Source: Squalus acanthias
Taxonomy: Eukaryota
Reading direction: 5' to 3'
DNA: 64,000 nucleotides
NCBI GenBank assembly: GCA_030390025.1
Contig: CM059432.1
Coordinates: 121,708,001-121,772,000 of the forward strand
Shown: piece after piece, positions 12,962-25,600 of the stretch
Layout of the letters: each line of letters opens with the position of its first letter
How positions within the stretch are numbered: position 1 is the stretch's first letter
Made by a program: the position numbers and the translations under genes
Notes under the pieces: model-generated
The model's input: only the letters and a program-made list of their open reading frames with translations
Told to the model about the DNA's origin: nothing
Database searches by the model: none

Positions 12962-13420
12962 GTGTCAGTCGCGGCTCAGTTATTGCACTCTTGCCTCTGA
13001 GTCAGAAGGTTGTGGGTTCAATCACCACTCCATGAGACTTGAACAAAAAATCTAGGCTGACACCTCAGTGTAGCACTGAGGGAGTGCGGCACTGTCGAAG
13101 ATTCCGTTGAGACATTAAACCAAAGGCGGTCTGCCCTCTTAAGTGGATGTAAAAGATCCCATGGCACTAATCGAAGAAAATCAGGGAAATCCTCCCCATA
13201 TTGTCCTGGCCAATAATTATCCTGCACACCAATATCACTAAAATGGATTATCTGGTCATTTATCTCATTGCTGTTTGTGGGACCTAGCTGTACATAAATT
13301 GGCTGCCATATTCCCCTATATTACAATAGTGACTACACTTCAAAAGTACATAATTGGCTGTAAAGCACTTTGGTACGTTCTGTGGTTGTCAAAGGCATTA
13401 TATAAGTGCAAGCCTTTCTT
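12962..13420 (+). mobile_element. Deu-domain SINE, near full length
   Basis: A/B-box head (CGGCTCAGTT; GGTTCAAATC), Deu core and tail. Confidence 0.85.
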
Positions 13421-13525
13421 TATATGGTAGCCTACCATGTGAAGTGGAAGCGCTAAAGATGGCTCTCCTCTGACATTGGGTCAGGCAGTAAGTTTCCTGG
13501 AGTAAGGACAGGTGAGAACATAAAT

Positions 13526-15277
13526 GGGTTGAATTTTGTCGGCGCTCAGAGTGCGAGTTTGGAGGCGGGTCCGCTGCCAAAATCACAAAGATTGACAGCG
13601 GGTCGGTATCCCGCTTTAAACCCGCCTCCTTGCCAGTTTCCCAAGTGTCGGGTCTGTCATCCCTGAACAGACCCGACACCAAGTGGCGGGTCAGCCAATT
13701 TTAATAGTTAAAAGCTTATTAAAAGCTAGTTAAGAACTATTTTCCCATATACTTACCATTTCACCAGGTTTTCAACGAGGTGCCCGGAGAGCAGCTATCA
13801 GCTCAGGTAAGTATGTCGGGTTCTCAATGACTGTAGATTGCTGTGAATAGGTGAAAGCTGCAAAAGTGTTTTAACACCTACCATTTCACAGCTGTTCACT
13901 TCCCAATCTTAGAAGCTGGAGCATTAATGATTTATACACTTTAGAAGTGTTTGGAGTAATCTCTCTATCCACTGTCACCTCCTTGGAACAACCTATCTCA
14001 ACAATGACAGATTACTTTTGTCATCTCAACCTCACCTGCCATCTATTCCATCAGCATCGGTGCCCTTGAAAAAATCTCACCTTGGTCCTCAGAATCCCAA
14101 TACGATCAGCCCCAACACCAGCAGCACCAGGCACACCAGCAGCACTAACATACACACCAGCCTTCTCCGCAATCAACTGATGTTGCACTGGACACAGGGC
14201 ATCATCACCTGTGCACATTGCTGCCCGGGACGCCAGCGATGGCCTCACCATGTCCAGATTTGCTTCACTTAACACTGAACACCCTGGCTGCCACATGATG
14301 CACCAGGTTGGCACCACCCCACAACAACACCATAAAGCATCCCTATAATGTCCAAGCCATTCCTTTCACACTCATCACCATTGTGGGGGAGGGGACGTTA
14401 TGTCTCACCATTCACTGCAACTCACTAAGACACTTTCAAAGGTGCACACAAATCTGTCCAAGAAGGCAAAGTGGTGACAATAAGGATTTCAATGCTTGAC
14501 AACACAATAGTAGAAAGTTTACACGAACATTGGCTAAAACACCCAAGTGCCTACCCTTGTGTGTTGTTAGTTGGTATGATTGGACTAGGATGAGGGTAAG
14601 TGTGAGGGGTGGCTAGTGAGATGGAGAAGTGATAATGTAGATATAGAGGTATGTTGGTGTGAGTAAGGATGTGCAGGAGTAGGGCAGGGAAGGCAGAGTG
14701 ATGGGGATGTGATGAGTGGTACAGGAGGATGAGGTTGAGTGTGGCTTTGCAGTAACGTTTCATGATCTACTGAGATCATTGAAAGGTTTGCGCCACTGCA
14801 GCCTGGTCCTCCTGATGACATCCCTGCTTCTGCCCTCCTGTGCAATGTGCAACCAGGCTGCGTTGATCTCCTGGGGAGGTCTCTTCCGCCCATGGGAAGT
14901 GAAGAGAACCTCCCTACCTGCTGTGACTCCCTTCATAAGCATATGGAGGGAGTCATGAGAGAGCCTGGGTGCAGTCGTGCACCTCTGTGCAGTGATTGTC
15001 AGTGTTTGCAGCACCTCAATGCTGCAGAACACTGATAGCAGAACTGGCAAAATCAATTTGTACATGGCCCCTTTAAGGAAATCAGCTAATGACACATCAT
15101 CAAATGACATCATCAGACCCGCTTCCTATTAATTGGCCGGGAACCTCGCAGGATGGCCTTAAGAAGCCCCATCAATGTAAAATCTTGTTGGAGGCTGGGA
15201 TTGAGACAGATGCGCGGTCCCCACACGCCATGGACATCGCCCGCCCCGGACCCGCCGAGGTTGGAAAAATCCAGCCC
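13526..15277 (-). mobile_element. Non-autonomous Harbinger element with Myb/SANT exon remnant
   Basis: TIRs GGGTTGAATTTT / AAAATCCAGCCC, TSD AAT/AAT; minus-strand TAQRCTTAPRLSHDSLHML...LQWRKPFNDL (~14995-14750). Confidence 0.88.
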
Positions 15278-16059
15278 AATGTGTGAGATATTGTCACACC
15301 TATCTTTCTTGTTCCTTTCCTTAACCAAATGCAGTAATGGTATTGGAAACTCCAAAGGAACCACTGTCTTGACCACTTTGCTTGCTGCAAGTAAAATAGA
15401 AGCCGGAGGTAAGATGATTGTAAGAAAAGGATTTTGAGTAAAAGTCAAGTATGGGAAAAAAAATTAGGCCTAAACAGCAACAAAAATTAATGGATGAAGG
15501 AAAACGCAATAAGCTAAAAAAAAATACTAACTTTACAACCAACAATGTAATTTCCATTTAAGAAGCCAACTACTACAGCTATTGCCATCCACATAGTGTT
15601 GAGCTCATTTCATATGGACAAGCTGAACTATGGGCAAGGAGGCATTACAAAAGGCACTGAATTCAGTATTGGAGTCATTTGACCAATTTTTAGAGGTATA
15701 ATGAGGCTTGTGTTACTCAGTAGTACAACATCCAGAAACATGAAATTCGGCAAACTGAGAATCAGGAATGTTGATCTACATGCCCAACTCTATGAATTGT
15801 GCTCTGTGCCAGAAAGATTGCGTGTCTCAAGCAGGACCATATAGAATGATCCCTAAAATGTCTATTGTTATAACCATGCCAACAATGTATAGCATAGTTT
15901 TGCACTCCCTCACACGGTAATGTCTTTGATAGCTTGTGACCTGATGCATCTGAACTTGAGCCCCACGGCATCAGAATTTAATTGGGGTTCATCTTCAATA
16001 CACGAAATGTGTGATTTGAAATGGGCATCGGGTTGGTACAAGATGTATAACTACTCTAA

Positions 16060-17560
16060 ATGAATCCAGAGAATGACAGGATGTTACAGCATAGAAACAA
16101 GCAAGTCTGCAGTATGTTTTTCTTGAATCACCTGATCTAATCCACCTCTCCCACTCGCTCCCAAGACCCTTTAACACTTTAGTTAAGTGATACTCTTTAG
16201 TAGCAACTATCTAGTTATTACTACCATATTAAAAGACTTTGTAGTCTCTGTTTCAAAGTAGTTTGTGTGGCAAATTCCATATTCTAACCACCCTCTCATC
16301 ACTATCTCATGGACCTGTGGAAACATATATCACCATTAACCTTATCATAAATTTTCATAAACTTTCAGACTTCTTTTGGGTCATCCCTTAAACTTCTCAG
16401 CACTAGTGAAAAACCAATAACTTCTCAAATGTATCTTCATAACTGTAACCTTTCATTCTTGATAACATCCTACTAAATTTGTGCTGCACTTTTTCCCAAT
16501 ACTTTTATCTCATTCCTATAATTGGATGCTCAAAACTGTACACAATAGATCAACTGAGGCCTAATTAAACCCTTGTATAAGTCTAACATTACCTCTTTGC
16601 TTTTGTATTCTATGCCTCTAGATACAAAAAAAAATTCACTTTGCTTTTTATATGACCATATATCTCTGTGTGTTGCTAACATTAATAACTATAATCGGCA
16701 CATCTGTATCTCGTATCTCTTCCTTCTGCTCCTCTACTTCATATATAATCTTACCATTTAACAAATCTTTCCTTACTCCATTCTTACTTCCAAAATGTAG
16801 TACTTTTTGCTTCTTTACGTTACATCTGCCATCTGTATGCGTATGCTGTTAACCTATCTATATCTTTCTGCAATCTTTCACAATCTTTGTCACAATTTGC
16901 TATGCTGCTCAATCTGATATCATCAGCTATTTCAGTATTATTCCCACAAAATCTAAATCCAGATTACTTATGTTAAGTAAGAGATGCTCCAACATAAATC
17001 CTCATGGAACACTGCTCACCACATATTTTCAATCAGAATACTTCCTTTTATCCCTACCCTTTGCTTTTGGCCTTCCAATCATCTCTCTATCCATATGGAA
17101 ACATTACCCTTAATTCTCTGTGCTTTTATCTTTGCCATCAGTCTCTTATATCATACCCTATCAAATGCTTTTTGAAGAACTATAGAAACCATTCCTTCAT
17201 CTAGTCTCTGTAATTTCTTCAAAGAATTCTATGATGTTGGTCAAGTACAAACTACCTTTTAGAAAATCAAGCTGGCTGGGCTTCATCAACTCATATTTCT
17301 CCAAATCCTTAATAACTTAATCCCTTATTATAGACTCCAGTAATTTACCAACAACTATAATTAGCTTATAACTTAATGGTTTTTCCCTCGCCTTTTCTCA
17401 AGAGTGACATCAATTCTCTCTCACACATTTTTCCTTTCTACACAACTTTGGAAAGTTATAGTCACAGTCCCTGCTATTGCTTCCCTTAGGATCCTTAGAT
17501 GTAAATCAGTGATTTGTCTACCTTAGGTTTGGGTAACTGCTTTAGTACAATTTCCCTTTG
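16060..17560 (-). mobile_element. Old CR1 LINE ORF2/3' region
   Basis: Degenerate minus-strand motifs YKGLIRPQLIYCVQFxAS, EMCRL and HEDLCWSI (PQGSVLGP region); tail near 16070. Confidence 0.7.
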
Positions 17561-17568
17561 AATAGTAA

Positions 17569-18008
17569 GGAGAGATTTTTCTGAGTCTGTACCTAGGTGC
17601 ACTGGATCATCTGGGCATAGTGAATAACGGAACATTGGGCAGGTACCTTTACCAGCATGCTTAAACCTGCTATTTTAACTGCCTACTGAGTGGGGAGCCC
17701 ACTGTGGATGCCCCGCTCAGTAAAACCTAGCGGAGGATCTGTAAGCTAAGTGTAAAACTTATCTTTGTGGGCTCCCCCCCCCCCGCCCCATGACTTATCT
17801 GACTGCTGACCTGGCGGTCTCCTGGACACCCTATCTTCGTAGGACCAAAGCTGCTGAGCTACCTCTGGATGCCCGTTTCGCTCTGGCAGCTGGCCGGTGG
17901 GATGTTCATGAGACCTGGACGTTAAAATGGACCAGGCCTCGTGCTGCAGCTCCCAGGTGGGCTACCGTGTGATCTGCCGGCTTCCCGCCCGGGAGTTAAA
18001 ATTCTCCC
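17569..18008. mobile_element. Harbinger-type MITE
   Basis: GGAGAGATTTT ... AAAATTCTCCC ends; GC-rich interior between two CR1 pieces. Confidence 0.45.
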
Positions 18009-18014
18009 TTAAGT

Positions 18015-18700
18015 TTTATAAATGGGGTATCGCATACAAAAGCAAACTAGTAATGTTAAACCTACACAAATCATCGGTTAGGTCACAGTTAGAATATTGT
18101 GCTCAGTTTTTGGGCGCCTTACTTTAGGAAAAATGTCAAGGCCATGAAGAGGATACAGAATAGATTTACTAAGATGATACTGGGATGAGAAGCTTTAGTT
18201 ATGAAATGAACAAAGAAGGTTAGGATATCTAATAGATATATTCAATATTACAATATTACAAGAGGTTTGATAAATTAAATTAGGAAAAATTATTTCCACA
18301 GGTCAGTCAGTTGGAAAACAGAGGATCAAAAATTATGATCACCAAATGAACAAAGGCAACTCTCTAAGGCTGATCAAGTCTGTTTGCAAACTTGGTGTCA
18401 CATTTGATCACGAATTGAGCTTCCTACCTCATATCCATTCTATCACTAAGACCGCCCATTTCTACCTTCGTAATATCGCCCGTCTCTGCCCTTGGGGGAT
18501 TTTTTTAACACAAAACAGAATGCACTACCGGAAACAGTGGTGGAAACAGATCCATAATATGAAAGTGGACAAAGAAGAAAAACTTAAAAGGGTATAGGGA
18601 AAATGCAGAGGCATTAGACTAAGTGATAGCTCTTATAGAGAGCTAGCACAGGCACAATGGGCAGTATGGCTCCTTCGGTGCTATAAAATTCCACGATTCT
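18015..18700 (+). mobile_element. CR1 3' fragment containing a short L2 piece (~18345-18495)
   Basis: YKSKLVMLNLHKSSVRSQLEYCAQF; inserted LGVTFDHELSFLPHIHSITKTAHFYLRNIARL; CR1 3' UTR follows. Confidence 0.75.
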
Positions 18701-18729
18701 GACTTGAACCACTACTTCGAGCTGATACC

Positions 18730-19320
18730 CTCACCCTGTTTCCAAGGGCTTCTTCACCGATTCTATAAAATCCTTTACCTTAGCAACTGGAAGGCAACAT
18801 ACCATACAGGACTCTTATTTATGATTACAGAAGAGACCATATACATCTCTCACAATTGAATCTCCCATTACCATTATATTCCTATATTTAACTCTTCCCC
18901 CTTGGGTACTCACTTACACCAGGCTGTTGTGGTGATCTCGTGAATTCTCTTCCCTGGATTACTGTCCTCATCTGTGCTGTAGGTATCCAGCACTGTTTGC
19001 CTATCTGACAGCTTTAGACCCCAGGAATTTGTTGCACTGTCTCTACCTGAGTGCAATCCCCCTGCAATAGATGCTCGCCCATTTCCCCCCTTCTGCCTCA
19101 TTATTTGCTCTAGCTGTGGTGTGACCACCTCCTACAATAAGCACTCCAGGAATCCATCCATCTTCTTCAATTGTCTCTGAAGCTCAGTAACTTTGGGCTT
19201 GAGTGAGTCCATCTGAAGATGCTTCACGCTCCTACTTGTCCTGGGCGTTCATAGTTTCTAGAAACCCCTACATTATACAGATTTGATACAATGCTATTTC
19301 CCACTGTCCTGCCATAATAA
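18730..19320 (-). mobile_element. CR1 ORF1 remnant (SGNH esterase-like domain)
   Basis: Minus strand IMVMGDSIVRDV...ESCMVCCLPVAKVKD resembles the CR1 ORF1 GDS/VCCLPGA motifs; probably the 5' part of the 16060-17560 CR1. Confidence 0.7.
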
Positions 19321-19482
19321 CTGGCTTCACAAGACTCAGAAACTCAAATGACTGAAAGTAGTTTCTAAATTTCAGTTCAGGCCAAATTCCTTGCATGCTC
19401 TTTTCACTTTTCTGTTCCCTTAGAATGTGATTGCTTCTCACTTGTGCTCACAACCTCTCTAAGCTACAAAGCTACACACAGT

Positions 19483-21293
19483 GGCTGCGATTTCGCCAGC
19501 GGAGGCGGGATCACGGTGGGAGAGGTAGTTGGCGGGTTCAGGTCGCGCTCCCGGCTGCAGCCGCTCTGTAAAAAGGAGTTTCTGTTAATAGGGCTTGTTA
19601 AGCCCACCCTGCGGGGTTCCCGGCCAATTAATAGATAGTGGATCTGATGATGTCATTTGATGACGCGTCATCAGCCGGTTTCCTTAAAGGGACCATGGAC
19701 GTATTCATTTTCACAGTTGTGCTGCCAGCGTTCTACAGCATTGAGGTGCTGCAAACACTGACAATCACTGCACAAAGGTACAGGGCTGCACCCAGGCTCT
19801 CGCATGACTCTCTCCATATGTTTATGGAGGGAGTCACAGCACGCAGGGAGGTTCTCTTCCCTTCCAAGGGCGGAAGAGACCTCCCCAGGACACCAATGCA
19901 GCCTGTTTGTACATTGCACAGGAAGGCAAAAGCAGGGATGTCGTCAGGAGTACCTGGATGCAATGGCGCAAACCCTTCAATTATCTCAGTAGATCATGAA
20001 ATGTTACTGCAAAGCCACACTCAACCTCATCCTGCTGTGCCACTCATCACATCCCCATCACTCTGCCTTCCCTACCCTACTCCTGCACATCCTTACTCAC
20101 ACCAACTTACCTTGCACCTCCATCCCATCCCTCTCTATCTACATTATCACATCCCCATCTCACTAGCCACCCTCACACTCACCCTCATCCTAGTCCAATC
20201 ATACCAACTAACAACACACAAGGGTAGGCACGTGGGTGTTTTATGCAATGTTCATGTAAAGTTTCTGTTAATGTGTTATCAAACATTGGAATCTTTATAG
20301 TCAACACTTTGCCTTATTGTACAGATCTATGCTCAACTTTGGAAGTGTCTTAGTGAGTTGCAGTGAATGGTGAGACATAACAGTAACCACCCCCCCACCC
20401 CCCCCACCACCCCCGGAATGGTGATTAGTGTGAAAGGAATGGCTTGGTCATTGTAGGAATGCTTTATGGTGTTGGTGTGGGGTGGTGTTAACCTGGTGCA
20501 TCATGTGGCACCCAGGGTGTACAGCATCAAGTGAAATGAATCTGGCCATGGTGATGCCATCACTGGCCTCCTGGGCAGCAATGTTGTTGGGTGCTGATGC
20601 CCTGTGTCCTGTGCAGCATCAGCTGATTGCGGAGAAGGTTCATATTGTTGTTGGTGATGTAGGTGTGCCTGGTGATGTTGGTGTTGGGGCTGATCGTGGA
20701 CGGATTCAGAGGACCAAGGTGAGATTTTTTCAAGGGTACCGATGTTGCTGGAATAGATGGCAGCTGAAGTTGAGATGACAGAAGCAATCTGTCAATGGTG
20801 AGAGAGCTTGCTCCAAGGAGATGGCAGTGCATAGAAAGTTTACTTCAAACACTTCCAAACTGCATACAGCTCTAAAGTGTCTTCCAACTCCTGAAGGCTC
20901 AAGCTTCTGACATTGGAAAGTGACCAGCTGTGAAATGGTAGCTTTCATACCACTTTTGCAGCTGTCACCTTTTCAAAGCAATGGGGAGACATAGAGAACC
21001 CGACCTACTTACCTGACGTGATTTCTGAATGACGTGAACCCCGCTAAAAATGTGGTAAAATAGAAATAGGCTGGCAAAATAGTAGTAAACAAGCACTTAA
21101 CAAGCATATAACTATCTTAAATGCCTCCCCCACCGCTTAGTGTCGGGTCTGTTCTGAAATCGCAGACCCGACACTTTGGAAACTTACATGGAGGCGGGTT
21201 CGTAGCGGGTTCTCAACCTGCTGTCAATCATTTCAATTTTGACAGGGGACCCACCTCCAAACCCGCCCTTTGAGCGCCAGCAAAATTCAGCCC
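19483..21293 (+). mobile_element. Non-autonomous Harbinger element with Myb/SANT exon remnant
   Basis: Inverted homolog of 13526-15277 along its length; ends GGCTGCGATTT / AAAATTCAGCCC; RAAPRLSHDSLHMFMEGV motif, frameshifted. Confidence 0.85.
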
Positions 21294-21614
21294 AGACAGT
21301 CAATTCAAACACAGGTGCCACTTCCAAGACAGCCAGTGAATGAAAAATCACACAAAGCCATCAATACTCTCACATCTAATTAATAGCTAGCTTATCAATC
21401 AAACCAGCCCAGTCAATATTTGCAAAATCCCTAGTTCACAGCTAACTAGTCAAAAATTATAATTTAGTACTCGACTATGCACTCACTCCAGTTTGGGACA
21501 AACTGTATTAACTTTTCATAGTACAATTACATTTTGAATGTGATATTTGGTGAGTCTACTATGGTTGTAAATGGAGTAACACTTTGCAAACTCATATATA
21601 CCATCTATTATCAA

Positions 21615-21988
21615 ATCACTCCATGGCCTCACCCCTCCCTATCTTTGCAACGTCCTCCAGCCCTACAGCCCTTCGAGATCTCTGCACTCCTCCAAATCTG
21701 GCTTTTTGTGCATTCCTGATTTTTGATGCTCCATCATTGGCAGCCGTGCCTTCAGCTGTTGAGACCCTAAGCTCTGGATTTCCCTCCCTAAATCTCTCCA
21801 CCTCGCTATTGCTCTCTCCTCCTTTAAGACGCTCCTTAAAACCTACCTCTTTGACCAAGCTTTTGGTCAGCTGTCATATTATCTCCTTATGTGGCTCGGT
21901 GTCAAATTTTGTTTGATGATCACTGCGGTGAAGCGCCTTGGGACGTTTTACTATGATAAAGGCGCTATTTTAATGTAAGTTGTTGTAT
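21615..21988 (+). mobile_element. L2 LINE 3' end
   Basis: KSLHGLTPPYLCN; closely similar to 60585-60963; GTT tail. Confidence 0.85.
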
Positions 21989-24329
21989 TTCATTAATCCA
22001 TCTTTTAAGTTAATGTCACCTTCCATTTGCACTTACAAAAGTCCGCACAGGAACAGTACAAATGCTGATTACAGGGACAAGCGAAAGAAAGCATGATACA
22101 TGCCCAATTATGTGAGCACAATGCCAACCTTTATAAATTGGCTTTGTAAATTAAAACCACAGCATTTATTCGTGGCCTTTTTAAGTTAAAGGTCTCATTA
22201 TTCGCTGACTATGAGAGCATGCCCAATGTAACTGAATGTCATAAGCTGCCCTACTTTGCTTCCACAGCATAATAAGCCATGTCTATGCTTCTTTATCTAC
22301 TCTTATTAGCTGCATATTAAGTGCTTTACAAATAGTAAGTGTATAAAGCATTGTTGAAACCCAATTATGCAATCAAGTGGAATGCATTTTACTCCATTCT
22401 CTTAAAGGCTGCAGTGAGCATCAGTGTCATCACTGTAGCTACATTGACTGACAGTCCCTCATGTTTGTTTGAGACAATTTTATGTATGACTTTAAGAAGA
22501 CACAGGACATTTTCAGTTTGTAGCAAAAACAGGATCAATATTGGTTACTAAACTGTAAGTGCATTTTAACCTAACATGTATTTTACACAGTGAAAGGAAA
22601 TCAATACCAACAGTTAGAAAATGTGCAATGATTCATTTTTCTGAGCATTTTTTTTATTGTATAATGCGTGTTGCTCTGAATTCAAATGTCAGGATCAATT
22701 TAAAACTGCAAAGTAATCCAGTGTGAATAGCTATCAATACTGACTATGATTAGAAGGGTCACACTTTCGTACAGGTCTGTATAATGCAGTTTTCATATCA
22801 AGACATTTCACAGAATTGCTCTTCATCTGGTGAGGTTACTGCTCTCTGAGGATGCATTAGGAGTATTTTTCCACTCTGCTAGAGTCCAGGCTCCTATAAT
22901 GAAAGGTATTGCCTGGTCTTTCAAGTTCTCCTGTCAGAGTCTAAATAAGGTGACAGTATTCTAGAGGAATAAAATTATAGATGCCTTAAGCTTCCTCGCT
23001 CATGGAATTCAATATGATTCTCTCTCTTAAGCACAACTAGCTTAAGGTTACCTGTGTTGTGATCAAATCCACTTTCAATAAAAACAAATGTTGCAAGCAG
23101 AACTCTTCTCTGATATGGTCTTTATATGGTCTCTGCGTTGGTAGTTTGATTTCATCCAAGCAGGCTCAAATTTCATTGGGTAAGGTTTAACCTTCAAAAA
23201 CTGTCTTACAGAATCAATCATGTTTAAAAGTATCACTCTAATACTATTCTACTAATCCAAATCAATGAGCTATAAGTCCTCTGAGAAAAAAGTGCTAACT
23301 ATTTAGTCTGAAATCCAGCAAATTAAGATTATGCATCATTCTTGACTCAGGATGGACTCCAGTTGCAGATCTTTATTTTCCATGTACTGTAAATGAATTG
23401 CTGATTTAAATAAATTGAAAACAGTGGGGTGGTATATAACTTATCTTGCAAAATCTTGGAGACCATAAAACACTGTAAATTTAATGGCTCTTGCCGATCC
23501 TTTTGTTAAGGCCAGCACTGGAGTTATCTTGGGAGGACTGTGAGGGCTCGGAATTTCAGGTGACATCTTTGACAAATTGGATCCTTTCCATTTTGAACTA
23601 AGTGACTCCCTATCAGGACCACTTTTTGTCAAGAATAGACATCCTCAATTTATTATACATGCAATGAAAAATAACTATCTAGATTTTATTTATGTCATAT
23701 GCATCACCATTAATGGGGACACTTCATAGTGGCAATTGTGCTAAAATGTATTCCTAATGGGCAGCAGAAGTGAGATTATCGGCAATGCCTAAACATTTAA
23801 AAAGTTATTTAAAGTAAGTTTTGGTTAGGCCTTCACACTGCTGCGACTGTTACATCAGTGGGCTGCAGGGAGCAACGCTTGCAAACAGCACTATAGGTTC
23901 CCTGATTGATAGATTTAAAACAATAAAGTTAAAATTCCTAAAGAACAGTTCAAAGAATATCTGGAAGCTCAGGCATTATCAGAGTAAAGGTGCGCAATAT
24001 TTTTAATTCCAAATATTTGAGCAGCGAAACACCAAGGCCATGCAGCTCCAGGCGCCACTGGGCTTAGGGATGTGCATTGCTCCAGATTTCCAATAGAGGG
24101 AGGGTTTCCTCTGTGCACCATATGTAGCAAAATTGGAAAGTCATTTGGGTCAGTGATTTCACTACACATAATGCATAGAGGGACTCTATCCCAGTATAGC
24201 AACCTATTCTTCCTTCTCATTATTATAGCATCAATCTAGGAAGGAGAGATCTGTTAGGAACAGGTCGAGCCCAAAGTTCTTTGGTTGATTAGGCAGACGC
24301 CTATCATAGCTTCAGTGAATGGGATAGGA

Positions 24330-25600
24330 TGTAAGCAGCTGAGTTTTGGATGGGCTAAAGTTTATGGAGAATGGGAAGCCAGTCAGGAGGGCTTGGAATA
24401 CGTGAGTCTGAAGTTGACAAAGGTATGGCTGAGGGTTTCAGTGCCAGATGAGCTGAGGTAGGGGAGGAGGCGACAGATGATATGGAAATTGAATTAGGCG
24501 GACTTTGTGACCATGGCAGGATTGAAAGACAGGATCAATGGGCTAGAGAGTGAAGAGGGAGAGAGACCATGGGGGCACTGAGGGACAGGGACATGGGGCT
24601 GGTGAGTGGAGAGGGAGATAGACCATGGGGTTTACTGAAGGATAGGGTCATGGGGCTGGAGAGGGAGAGAGACCATGGGGGGCACTGAGGGACAGGGACA
24701 TGGGGCTGGTGAGTGGAGAGGGAGATAGACCATGGGGTTTACTGAAGGATAGGGTCATGGGGCTGGAGAGGGAGAGAGACCATGGGGGGCACTGAGGGAC
24801 AGGGACATGGGGCTGGTGAGTGGAAAGGGAGATAGACCATGGGGTTTACTGAAGGATAGGGTCATGGGGCTGAAGAGGGAGAGAGACCATGGGGGGCACT
24901 GAGGGACAGGGACATGGGGCTGGTGAGTGGAGAGGGAGATAGACCATGGGGTTTACTGAAGGATAGGGTCATGGGGCTGAAGAGGGAGAGAGACCATGGG
25001 GGGCACTGAGGGACAGGGACATGGGGCTGGTGAGTGGAGAGGGAGATAGACCATGGGGTTTACTGAAGGATAGGGTCATGGGGCTGAAGAGAGAGAGAGA
25101 CCATGGGGGCACTGAGGAACAAGGACAACAACAACAACAACAACAACCTGTATTTATATAGCACCTTTAAAGTAGTAAAACATCCCAAGGCACTGCACAG
25201 GAGTATTATTAGACAAAAAATGTCCAAACAAGGACAAGGACATGGGGCTGGAGAGTGGAGAGGGATTGGAGTCATTGGCAAAGGCATGGAGTTTATGGCT
25301 GGGACTGAAGACGATGGCTTCCATCTTTTCAATGTTTAGACGGAGTAAGTTACAGCTCCTCACAAATTGGAGGTCAGACAAGCAGACTGATAGCACATAA
25401 GCAGTGGTGGGTTTGAGAGAGGTGATGGAGAGGTAGACCTTGTTGTCATTGGCATATGCACAACAGCTGATTTTATATCTTCGGATGATGTCGCCAAGGA
25501 GCAGCATGTCAATGAGGAAAAGAAGGGAGCCTTGGGGGACTCAGGAGGTGATGGTGTGGGAGAGGGAAGAGGAACCATTTGTAGAGATGCTCTGGCTACA
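24330..25600 (-). mobile_element. Old L2 LINE RT fragment interrupted by a minisatellite and a short L2 3' end (~25129-25226)
   Basis: Minus strand VPQGSL, LGDIIRRYKISCCAYANDNKVYLS and LRLNIEKMEAIVF motifs. Confidence 0.8.
24551..25126 (+). repeat. G-rich higher-order minisatellite, 107-bp unit x ~5.3
   Basis: ACCATGGGGG recurs at 24566, 24672, 24779, 24886, 24993 and 25100; each unit is two related subunits of ~57 and 50 bp. Confidence 0.95.

Noticed and set aside
19638..20300. 220-aa ORF as a real protein
   Set aside because: It reads through promoter, frameshifted Myb exon and intron of a Harbinger copy.
24551..25126. CRISPR-like array
   Set aside because: Units repeat in full with no unique spacers, in a eukaryotic context with no cas genes.
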